Below are positions 27,276 through 35,400 of a stretch of 64,000 bases of DNA, piece by piece; positions within the stretch are counted from its first letter, which is position 1, and every line of letters begins with the position of its first letter. Both the position numbers and the translations under genes were made by a program. The stretch spans positions 22,968 through 86,967 of the forward strand of contig JAJDDY010000010.1 in NCBI GenBank assembly GCA_029260075.1, read 5' to 3'. The DNA comes from Phycisphaerae bacterium (GTDB taxonomy: Bacteria; Planctomycetota; Phycisphaerae; UBA1845). Below the pieces are notes generated by a model, which did no database searches, was not told the DNA's origin, and saw only the letters and a program-made list of their open reading frames with translations.

Positions 27276-30206
27276 TTAGTTCGTCTGCATGGCGTCGATG
27301 ATGTTGTTTCGGGCGGCGTAACGCGCGGGGATGATGGCGGCGAGGACGCACACCGACACCGTCAGCAGGACAGCGAGTGCGATCGTGGTAACTGGCACGA
27401 TGAAGTCCAGCGAAACGCTCAGCATGCCGGAGACAATACGATTGACGCTGTCGGCTTCGTGAAATCCGAGTGCCAAACCCATGACGCTTCCCAACAGGCC
27501 GATGGTCATGGCTTCGGCCAACACGAGACGGACGATTTGCGACTTCAAGGCCCCCACGGCGCGGAGCACGGCGATCTGTCGTGTACGAAGGTGCACACTG
27601 ACGGTCATCAAATTGGCGATGCCGATGGCGGCTACGACGAGGATGATCGAGGGCAACCACGTGATCATGATGATCGCCCGCTTGAGGCTGGTGACCATCT
27701 GATTCTTCAGCCGACTGAGCGAACCCACGATGGCGTCGGGACGTCTCATGGTGTCAGCCACCTTGTACAATAGAAGTCGCTCGCGAAGCGTGTCCCATTT
27801 CTCCTCGCGCGTGGACCCGCTAGTAAAGGACGAACCGGTGATGTATTTGATCGAGCGCGCGAAGCGATTGAAGTGTTGGCGCAACTCGGGCGGCGGCAAG
27901 CCCGACGCACCGGAGTCAAGCCAGTCCCTCAACACCGGCGTCGCGGTTGCGAACGTGGCGGTTTCGTTGGGTAGATACGGAGCCCAGGCGAGCATGGCGG
28001 TCGCGATCGCTTGGTGGTCGGAGTAGTTCGGCAATGCGTCGACGTTGAAGTCGGGGGCGATTTCGGAAGACACCATGTCTGGGTCGAACATGACCATGGA
28101 GACGATGTCCGCGTCGAACTTGCTCTTGAGGTCTTCCCGCGTTCCGAGCACGGCGCTGGCGGCAGCAAACTCCATATAGCTTTCTGCCTGAAACGCCGTG
28201 ACGGCTAGGTCGAGCGCCGGCGATTGCACCACGCCCGCTACCTCGAACTCGGCCTTGATGCCGCGCACGGTGAGAGAAAGCATGTCGCCCACATGTAGGT
28301 TCTTCTGACGCGACGCCGGGAGTGGGATCAGTAGGTATCCCCCCTGTTTGAGCTTGCGGATCGCCTCGTCGCGCACCCCTTCGATGAAGACGATCTTGAT
28401 CATGCTGAGCATTTCGTCCGGATCACCAACGACGAGCACCGATCGAGTAAGGTTCTTGACTACAGCGGCAAACACCGAGTCTCGGAGTCCACCCAGTCCA
28501 CTACGCGGTACGTGGATTTCGCAGGGGATGTCGGCCACGATGGTTGTCTCGCCAACGCCGGGTAGTTGACGCACGCGCTCGGCTACGTCACCAGAAACGT
28601 GACGCGGCGACCAAACGAATGCACCGGGCAGGCGCGATGGGAACTTCCAGATGGCCAGGACGCCGTTGGCGCGAACGGCAGTATAAACGATGAGTGAAAG
28701 GCCGACCATGAGCACCCAACACGCACCCGTGGTGCGCCAGGGTGCTCGGATAAACGGTTCCTCGACGAGCTGCCCACTGAGACCCAGGAGCAAGCCGACA
28801 CCGCGTGCGATCGGTCGGCCGAGGATGACCACAACCGCCGGCGCCAATAACACATATCCGAAATAGAGCGATCCGGTCCCGACGGCCGCGAAGCCTCCAT
28901 CCAACCAGCGCGAACCGTCGGTCACGCCGGCCATCAATTGGTGCACGACGAGCAGGATCAATCCGATCACACCGGCCAGGTAGACGTATCGCAGGCGGAC
29001 CGGTCCGGCGTGCGTGCGTACGGCGTCCAGTGGCGAAACTCGACCGACCTGAACGATTAACATCGCCGTGCTCAGCATCGTGGTGACGAGGCCGCTGGCG
29101 ACGCCGAGCCCGATACCGTCTCCGCTTAGCTGAACGCGAATGATCAGGTCACTTGCGACGAGCGGCGCTAAAAAGGTAAGACCGATCCCCCCCGCCACGC
29201 CCAACATCGTTCCGACCACACCCAACGGCACCAACTCGGCCACGACCAGCCAAGCGAGCTGCGTTCGCGTCAAGCCGACGCAGCGCATCATGCCAAGTTG
29301 TGGACGGCGCTGGATCAAGCTGACCTGCTGCGTTGTCAAGATCACGAAGAAGGCGGTCGCCATGGCGACGCACGCTACGAGCATTAGGGTCACCCGGGTG
29401 ATGCGTTCGGCTTCGTCGAGCACCATCTGTCGACCGGCGGCGGTCTCGACACGATACGTCATCGTGATCCCGCGATCTGCGACGCATTGTTCGATGGCGG
29501 CTTTGACCTCTTTCATGGCGGCGGCCGAGTGATCGGCCAGCATAACATCGATCACCGACGCGACGTACGGCTCGGCTTTGAGGGTCTGGAGATCAACCAG
29601 GGGCAGGTAGACGTTGGGTCTCTGGAATTCTGCGGCGCGGCCGCTGTCGAACAGACCAACGACCTTGAATGCGGCCTTTGATCCGCCGCCGTATGGCGTG
29701 ATCATCAGGGAGTCGCCCAGTCGAAGTCGCCAGCGTAGGGCGATGTCACGTTCGATGACCGCTACGCCGGTGGCTTCGTCGTCGAACATTCGCCCTTCAA
29801 GGTTCGCAAGTTTTCGAAAGTAGCGTTCGCGACTCGGCTCGATACCGATCGCGTCAACCCACGACCAGTCGGATTCAATGACACCTTCCGCCTCGGCGGC
29901 GGAAATCAAATGGCAACGGCGATGCAACCGCGTGGTGACGTGTACGACGTTGTCCATTTCGGCGATGGGTAACGCGATCGTAGCGTCCAAGGATCCCCAG
30001 TGGGCGCCGACGGGAAAGACGCTGACGTGTGCGGTTCCCATCCATTCGCCCATCACCTCTTCCTGAATCGCATCGCGTGCTGACTCGTAGAAATTCGTAA
30101 TGGTGACGATAGCGCCCACTCCGAGCGCGACGGACAAGATGGCTGCTAGCGCCCGACCGGGGCTAGCTAACCAATTCCCGATAGCGAGTCGCCAAAGATT
30201 GAACAT
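27276..30206 (-). CDS. ABC transporter permease with duplicated FtsX-type domains (MacB/YbbP-like)
   Basis: Start at MFNLWRLAIGNWLASPGRALAAILSVALGVGAIV (ATG 30206). There are two blocks of four TM segments, each following a large extracytoplasmic domain. It overlaps the ATPase gene by 44 nt. Confidence 0.85.
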   Translation of the reverse strand: MFNLWRLAIGNWLASPGRALAAILSVALGVGAIVTITNFYESARDAIQEEVMGEWMGTAHVSVFPVGAHWGSLDATIALPIAEMDNVVHVTTRLHRRCHLISAAEAEGVIESDWSWVDAIGIEPSRERYFRKLANLEGRMFDDEATGVAVIERDIALRWRLRLGDSLMITPYGGGSKAAFKVVGLFDSGRAAEFQRPNVYLPLVDLQTLKAEPYVASVIDVMLADHSAAAMKEVKAAIEQCVADRGITMTYRVETAAGRQMVLDEAERITRVTLMLVACVAMATAFFVILTTQQVSLIQRRPQLGMMRCVGLTRTQLAWLVVAELVPLGVVGTMLGVAGGIGLTFLAPLVASDLIIRVQLSGDGIGLGVASGLVTTMLSTAMLIVQVGRVSPLDAVRTHAGPVRLRYVYLAGVIGLILLVVHQLMAGVTDGSRWLDGGFAAVGTGSLYFGYVLLAPAVVVILGRPIARGVGLLLGLSGQLVEEPFIRAPWRTTGACWVLMVGLSLIVYTAVRANGVLAIWKFPSRLPGAFVWSPRHVSGDVAERVRQLPGVGETTIVADIPCEIHVPRSGLGGLRDSVFAAVVKNLTRSVLVVGDPDEMLSMIKIVFIEGVRDEAIRKLKQGGYLLIPLPASRQKNLHVGDMLSLTVRGIKAEFEVAGVVQSPALDLAVTAFQAESYMEFAAASAVLGTREDLKSKFDADIVSMVMFDPDMVSSEIAPDFNVDALPNYSDHQAIATAMLAWAPYLPNETATFATATPVLRDWLDSGASGLPPPELRQHFNRFARSIKYITGSSFTSGSTREEKWDTLRERLLLYKVADTMRRPDAIVGSLSRLKNQMVTSLKRAIIMITWLPSIILVVAAIGIANLMTVSVHLRTRQIAVLRAVGALKSQIVRLVLAEAMTIGLLGSVMGLALGFHEADSVNRIVSGMLSVSLDFIVPVTTIALAVLLTVSVCVLAAIIPARYAARNNIIDAMQTN

Positions 30207-30954
30207 GTTCCTCTCCAGAGGACTCCATTTCGCCCACGATGAGCCCGTCCTTGAGTACGACGATACGGTCGGCGAACGACGCGCCGTCGACTTCGTGCGT
30301 AACAGCCACGACCGTACAACCGGACTCGTGCACCAGGGACGAGAGCAATTCCCAGATGGACTTGGCGTGCGACGTGTCGAGATTTCCGGTTGGTTCGTCG
30401 GCCAGCAAGAGTACCGGATCATTCATCAGCGCACGGGCGATAGCCACGCGTTGTTGCTCACCGCCGGACATCGCCTGAGGTCGATGGTTGACGCGGTGCG
30501 CCAAGTCTACGCGATCGAGAAGCGCACGTGCCCGCTCGGTCGATTCCGCCCTGTTGGACGAATCGAGCGTGGCTGGTAGGGCCACGTTCTCAAGCGCAGT
30601 CAGCGTCGGAAGCAAGTTGTATCCTTGGAAGACGATGCCGATCCGCCGACGACGAAACAACGTTCGACGACGATCACCCATGGATGAAAGGTCATCGCCC
30701 TCGACGAACACTTGTCCGGATGATGGCTGATCCAATCCGCCGAGAAGATGCAATAGCGTGGTTTTGCCCGACCCACTGGCGCCCATGATGGCGACGAACT
30801 TGCCGCGCTGCACGGTAAGCGACACGCCGCGAAGGGCGTGTACCGATTCGCCTGATGCCTGATAGACCTTACCGACGTTTCTCGCATCAACAACGCAGTT
30901 GGCGCCGTCGTCCGGCGCTTCGTTCGCGCGTGCGTTCGGATGATCATCCGCCAT
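30163..30954 (-). CDS. ABC transporter ATP-binding protein (MacB/LolD-type)
   Basis: Walker A GASGSGKTTLL, signature LSGGEQQRVAIARAL, Walker B LLLADEPTGNLD. Confidence 0.92.
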   Translation of the reverse strand: MADDHPNARANEAPDDGANCVVDARNVGKVYQASGESVHALRGVSLTVQRGKFVAIMGASGSGKTTLLHLLGGLDQPSSGQVFVEGDDLSSMGDRRRTLFRRRRIGIVFQGYNLLPTLTALENVALPATLDSSNRAESTERARALLDRVDLAHRVNHRPQAMSGGEQQRVAIARALMNDPVLLLADEPTGNLDTSHAKSIWELLSSLVHESGCTVVAVTHEVDGASFADRIVVLKDGLIVGEMESSGEEHVQSLATRYRELVS

Positions 30955-31014
30955 TGGTACTGCGCCTTAACAACCGCGTCAGTGTGAAGCGCTCTTCGCT
31001 CCACGTGCCAGTGT

Positions 31015-31062
31015 GCCGAAAAGGGATTCACGGCACAGCGTGAAGAGATTCGCGGCACAGCG
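31015..31062 (+). repeat. Family C, two units
   Basis: Sequence gccgaaaagggattcacggcacagcg tgaag agattcgcggcacagcg. Confidence 0.75.
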
Positions 31063-31071
31063 TGGGCGAAG

Positions 31072-31110
31072 ACCGCTTCCTTACGGGCGCGGCTCGGTTC
31101 ATCGCAAGCC
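31072..31110. repeat. Family B, half element (right arm only), directly abutting family C
   Basis: Sequence accgcttccttacgggcgcggctcggttcatcgcaagcc. Confidence 0.75.
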
Positions 31111-31228
31111 TTCTATGGACTTCGGCGCCGCGAGCGTCTACATTCTCGCCGCGTCGTGGGCAAGCTGCAAGACAGCCCCGAGCACGACGCACAACCGATG
31201 TCACGTATGCGATTGGTAGAGGCTCCTA

Positions 31229-32245
31229 GTGCTCCCCACGATTCAATGCTTACTGGATGGGATCATCGACTACGCGGGCCTGTTTCCTCCGGCCCGACTT
31301 GATCTCAAGACAGCTATCGAACGTTTCGCCGCGTATCGGTCTGGACCGCATGCGTGGATGCTCGCGCGGTTCGTCTGTCCGACCGCGCGGATGGCGGAAC
31401 TGCAGACCGTGGCTGGCGACTTGTTCACATCCACCGAACATGGACCGTGGCGGTTCTCCGCCCTCGGGCGATCCGGAAAAACGGCGAACGCCTTTGTGAC
31501 CGGGCTGGAAGATGACCTGGCTGCCATTCGAGAATTCGAAGCAATCGATGATGGCCGCGTCGTAGTGGATCTGATCGAAACGCGATTGCCTAACGCCGTG
31601 GTCGAAAGTGATGATGCTACTGCGGCCGCCGACCTTATCGAAAGAACGTCGCACGTGATGGAAGTACACAAGGGTATCGTCGGAAAGAACCTGCGGATCT
31701 TCTTGGAAATACCCTTTGGCAAGGACTGGCGAAACACCGTCGCACACACGCTTTCTGCCATGGCTGAGCACAATCGCACGCACGCTGAGGCGAGGCGCCA
31801 TGATGAGATGCCCGACGCAGCGACAATCGGCGCCAAGATTCGCACGGGCGGGATCGAAGCGTCGATGATCCCGCCGATTGAGCAGGTGGCTATGTTCATC
31901 GATCGATGTCGGGTGGACAACGTGCCCTTCAAAGCGACGGCTGGGCTACACCATCCGCTTCGACATCACTCAGCCGAAGTTGACGCAAAGATGCACGGCT
32001 TTCTCAATGTATTCGTCGCAGCGGGGCTGGCGAGGTTGCATGTCCTAGACCAAACGGAGCTGGCTGAGATTCTTGGCGAGGAATCGCGGGATGGGTTTCG
32101 ATTTGACGAGACCGGTATTTCGTGGGGCGAGCACACGATGTCCACGGAACAAATCCATCCCGTCCGTTCGCACTTCGCCTGTTCGTTCGGAAGCTGTAGT
32201 CTAGAGGAACCGGTCGACGATCTTAGGCAATTGGATCTCCTCTAG
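31229..32245 (+). CDS. Conserved-looking hypothetical protein, function unknown
   Basis: 338-aa ORF with a GTG start and coding-like composition. Motifs KIRTGGIEASMIP and VPFKATAGLHHPLRHH. I cannot assign a family. Confidence 0.6.
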   Translation: MLPTIQCLLDGIIDYAGLFPPARLDLKTAIERFAAYRSGPHAWMLARFVCPTARMAELQTVAGDLFTSTEHGPWRFSALGRSGKTANAFVTGLEDDLAAIREFEAIDDGRVVVDLIETRLPNAVVESDDATAAADLIERTSHVMEVHKGIVGKNLRIFLEIPFGKDWRNTVAHTLSAMAEHNRTHAEARRHDEMPDAATIGAKIRTGGIEASMIPPIEQVAMFIDRCRVDNVPFKATAGLHHPLRHHSAEVDAKMHGFLNVFVAAGLARLHVLDQTELAEILGEESRDGFRFDETGISWGEHTMSTEQIHPVRSHFACSFGSCSLEEPVDDLRQLDLL

Positions 32246-32381
32246 CCTGCTACTGGAACGGAACCGCGCCCCTTGCTACGCTTTGACCACCAAACGATGA
32301 CGAACGAGTAATTGATGGCGTGCCGTGAATTTTTTCTCGGTTCGTGACGAACGACGAATTGACTCGCGGAGATAGACAGCG

Positions 32382-33662
32382 ATGTGCCCAACCAACAACC
32401 CCAAACTCACGTCCTGGGTTGACGTGTCGCCGGAGTGCGAATTTCCGATCCAAAACCTCCCCTACGGCGTGTTTCAACTCGGCGACGCGCCGCCGGCGGT
32501 TGGCGTAGCCATCGGCGAGTTCGTCTTGGACCTCGCTGCACTTCACGCTTCCGGGAAATTCTCCGGCACATCCATCGCAGCCGACAACATCTTCGCGGCG
32601 GCCAGTCTTAACGGGTTTATGGGCAAAGGTCGTCAAGCATGGACGGACGTGCGCGATCGCATATCGGAGTTGCTACGCAAGAACAACGCGACGATTCGTG
32701 ACGACAAGGAGCTTCGGCAACAAGTATTGATCCCATCATCCGACGTCCGCATGCTCATGCCGGTAGCCATCGGCGATTTCACGGACTTCTATTCGTCCAA
32801 GCACCACGCCACCAATGTCGGCACGATGTTTCGCGACGCCAGCAACCCCCTTCTGCCGAACTGGCTACACCTACCGGTTGGTTACCACGGGCGGTCGGGC
32901 ACGGTGTTCGTTTCGGGCGTGGACATCCATCGTCCCAACGGCCAGCTCAAACCCGACGACAACGCCCCACCGATCTTTGGCCCATCACGACTACTCGACT
33001 TCGAGCTGGAAATTGGGTTCATCGTGGGTGCGCCCAACGAAGCGGGCCATCGCATAGAAATCAATCAAGCTGCGCAGCACATCTTCGGCATGGTGCTGGT
33101 GAACGACTGGAGCGCACGCGATATTCAAAAATGGGAATACGTCCCGCTTGGCCCCTTTCTCGGCAAGTCGTTCGCGACATCGATCAGCCCTTGGGTCGTG
33201 ACGCTCGATGCGCTCGAACCGTTTCGCGTGCCAAGTCCTGTACAGGAACCCGACGTTCTGCCTTACCTGAAGACCGCAGCGCCGTGGGGTTTGGACATTC
33301 GGCTGGAAGCGTTTGTGCAGAGCGCGAAAATGTCAGAGCCGATGAAGCTCACGTCGACGAATTTCAAGCACATGTACTGGACGATCGTGCAGCAACTCGC
33401 CCACCACACGGTCAACGGCACGGCCATGCGCGTTGGAGACCTTTGCGGATCCGGCACGGTTTCCGGCCCAACGGAGGACGCTCGCGGCTGCATGCTCGAG
33501 ATATGCTGGAAGGGCACGAAGCCGATCACGCTCCCCGACGGCGACCAACGGCGGTTCTTTGCCGACGGCGACACCGTGACATTGCGTGGGGCGAGTCATG
33601 GCGAGGGCTATCGAATCGGCTTCGGTGAGGTCAGCGCAACGATATTACCGGCGGTGAGCTGA
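32382..33662 (+). CDS. fahA: Fumarylacetoacetase (fumarylacetoacetate hydrolase)
   Basis: N-terminal domain signature SWVDVSPECEFPIQNLPYGVF. Also DFYSSKHHATNVG, GYHGRSGTVFVSG, DFELEIGFIVG and VNDWSARDIQKWEYVPLGPFLGKSF. Confidence 0.92.
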   Translation: MCPTNNPKLTSWVDVSPECEFPIQNLPYGVFQLGDAPPAVGVAIGEFVLDLAALHASGKFSGTSIAADNIFAAASLNGFMGKGRQAWTDVRDRISELLRKNNATIRDDKELRQQVLIPSSDVRMLMPVAIGDFTDFYSSKHHATNVGTMFRDASNPLLPNWLHLPVGYHGRSGTVFVSGVDIHRPNGQLKPDDNAPPIFGPSRLLDFELEIGFIVGAPNEAGHRIEINQAAQHIFGMVLVNDWSARDIQKWEYVPLGPFLGKSFATSISPWVVTLDALEPFRVPSPVQEPDVLPYLKTAAPWGLDIRLEAFVQSAKMSEPMKLTSTNFKHMYWTIVQQLAHHTVNGTAMRVGDLCGSGTVSGPTEDARGCMLEICWKGTKPITLPDGDQRRFFADGDTVTLRGASHGEGYRIGFGEVSATILPAVS

Positions 33663-33883
33663 GCACCGCCCAGACTCGAGCGTCAATGGTCGGGCGTGTC
33701 GGCGACATCGTACTCCTGCCATCGAGCCTGCGACATTCGAAGCGTCAAGTCCTACTTCCTTCCACACTTCCGATAACCACACCAGACGGATCAACACTTT
33801 CGACCGGCGAACTTCGATAAGAGTAGCGAGGATTGTCTACGATCGAACGCCCTCACGGCCTTTGACCGTCGACTTGTAGTCGT

Positions 33884-35011
33884 TTGATGTTTGTAATTGG
33901 TGTGACGGCGCGGGTAGCAGTACCCGCAGGGCTGGCGGCACTTGTTCGCCGGATCAACGATATGGGTTTTTGGCACTGGATCGTCGACAAGTGTTTCTCT
34001 GCGCCCGAAGGGTCGGATGCGGATCCATCGCGTGGTGGACATGCCACGTCTGTCGATGTGATGGACTCGCCAGACAACAACGCTGAAACCGACGCAGACA
34101 CTGCGCTTTGGTGGTGTCCGGATGGGGCTTCGGTGACGGAACCGGTGGTGCTGGTTCGCCCGGACCTGACGATGGAAGCCCGTGCCCTAGAGAACCTGCT
34201 CATCTCACACTTTGATGGTCATGACCTGACCATGCCACCGCTGCTTCCGGTCGCCCAAAAACTCCTAGCCGACCTTAACGACCCGACGTTCGGTCTGTCC
34301 GACGCGGCCAAGGAGGTCGCCGACGATCAGGTTCTTGCAGCCGCTGTACTTCGGATGGCCAACTCTCCTCTGTTTCGCGGTCTATCGAAGACAACCACGC
34401 TGCAGCCGGCGGTTACGCGAATCGGCGCGCGACCACTTCGGACGCTGGTGATGCACGAGTCATTGCGGACGGCGATGTTTGCGCAGGACGGATACGCCAA
34501 GGAATTCGCCCGCCCGCTTTGGGTGCGGTCGTTGGCGAGTGCGTGCATCATGCGCGAGTTCGCTCCGTTCGTCGGTGTCGATCGAGATCAGGCGTTTCTG
34601 ATTGGGCTCATGCACGACATCGGCTGCGTGATCGCGCTACGCATCGTTCAGGACAAGCATGTGGCTTCGCGATATCCGATCGATGGGGATACGTTCGACT
34701 ACCTCTGTGACGAGACGCATCAAGAATTCGGCGAACTCGTAGCTGATGCATGGAACCTCCCTGCCGACGCGAAGTCGATCATCTCCGACCACCATACGCA
34801 CCCCGCCGCCGACGACCCGTTACGAAACGAACGATTGCTCGTACTTCTTACTGACATGACTCTGGCACTTCTCCACTACCGCAAGTTCATTCCGTATGAC
34901 CTCGTTCACACCAACGTGGCCGTCGAACTGGGTATTGACACCAATGACGATTTCCTCGTCTGCATGGCCAGGCTACCTGCCTTGATAGAAGAGACGCTAG
35001 ACGCGCTGTAG
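33884..35011 (+). CDS. HDOD domain signalling protein
   Basis: PLLPVAQKLLADLNDPTFGLSDAAKEVADDQVLAAAVLRMANSPLFRG and GLMHDIGCVIAL. The start is uncertain (alternative ATG at 33962). Confidence 0.8.
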   Translation: MMFVIGVTARVAVPAGLAALVRRINDMGFWHWIVDKCFSAPEGSDADPSRGGHATSVDVMDSPDNNAETDADTALWWCPDGASVTEPVVLVRPDLTMEARALENLLISHFDGHDLTMPPLLPVAQKLLADLNDPTFGLSDAAKEVADDQVLAAAVLRMANSPLFRGLSKTTTLQPAVTRIGARPLRTLVMHESLRTAMFAQDGYAKEFARPLWVRSLASACIMREFAPFVGVDRDQAFLIGLMHDIGCVIALRIVQDKHVASRYPIDGDTFDYLCDETHQEFGELVADAWNLPADAKSIISDHHTHPAADDPLRNERLLVLLTDMTLALLHYRKFIPYDLVHTNVAVELGIDTNDDFLVCMARLPALIEETLDAL

Positions 35012-35222
35012 CTACTCGCGTTCGTGTCGAAAAAGAAACGGTCATGCGTCCTTCACGCGCATGGGCCACAAAGCACGCCCGCCGGTCCGACCTCACCCCG
35101 TTCAGCCTGTTGAAGAAAGCTGGTAATTGAGCGCGTCGCCGCGATCACGCCTCCGACGATGGGCGGCGTCCCCGACAAGAGGGGGAAGTCGCGAAACACG
35201 CGTGCGAGAAGACGTATTTGAG

Positions 35223-35305
35223 GGTTTGCGATGAACCGAGCCGCGCCCGTGAGGAAGCGGTTTTCGCCAGCTAGCCAGGATCGCTTCCCCACGGGCGCGT
35301 CTCGG
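35223..35305. repeat. Family B, copy 3
   Basis: Left arm ggtttgcgatgaaccgagccgcgcccgtgaggaagcgg, right arm atcgcttccccacgggcgcgtctcgg. Confidence 0.8.
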
Positions 35306-35326
35306 AACGAGGCTTCTCACATGCCT

Positions 35327-35361
35327 TCTAATGGATCACCGGCTGGAAGCCGGTGCCACAC
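35327..35361 (+). repeat. Hairpin repeat family A, copy 4
   Basis: Sequence tctaatggatcaccggctggaagccggtgccacac. Confidence 0.85.
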
Positions 35362-35400
35362 TTCGTCCACGGTCTGCTTACGCTGATTTCCACGTCGACG

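Noticed and set aside
30163-30206. The 44-nt overlap between the ABC ATPase and permease genes, as a possible frameshift or fusion.
   Set aside because: Both proteins have complete, normal termini in different frames. Overlapping ABC component genes are common.
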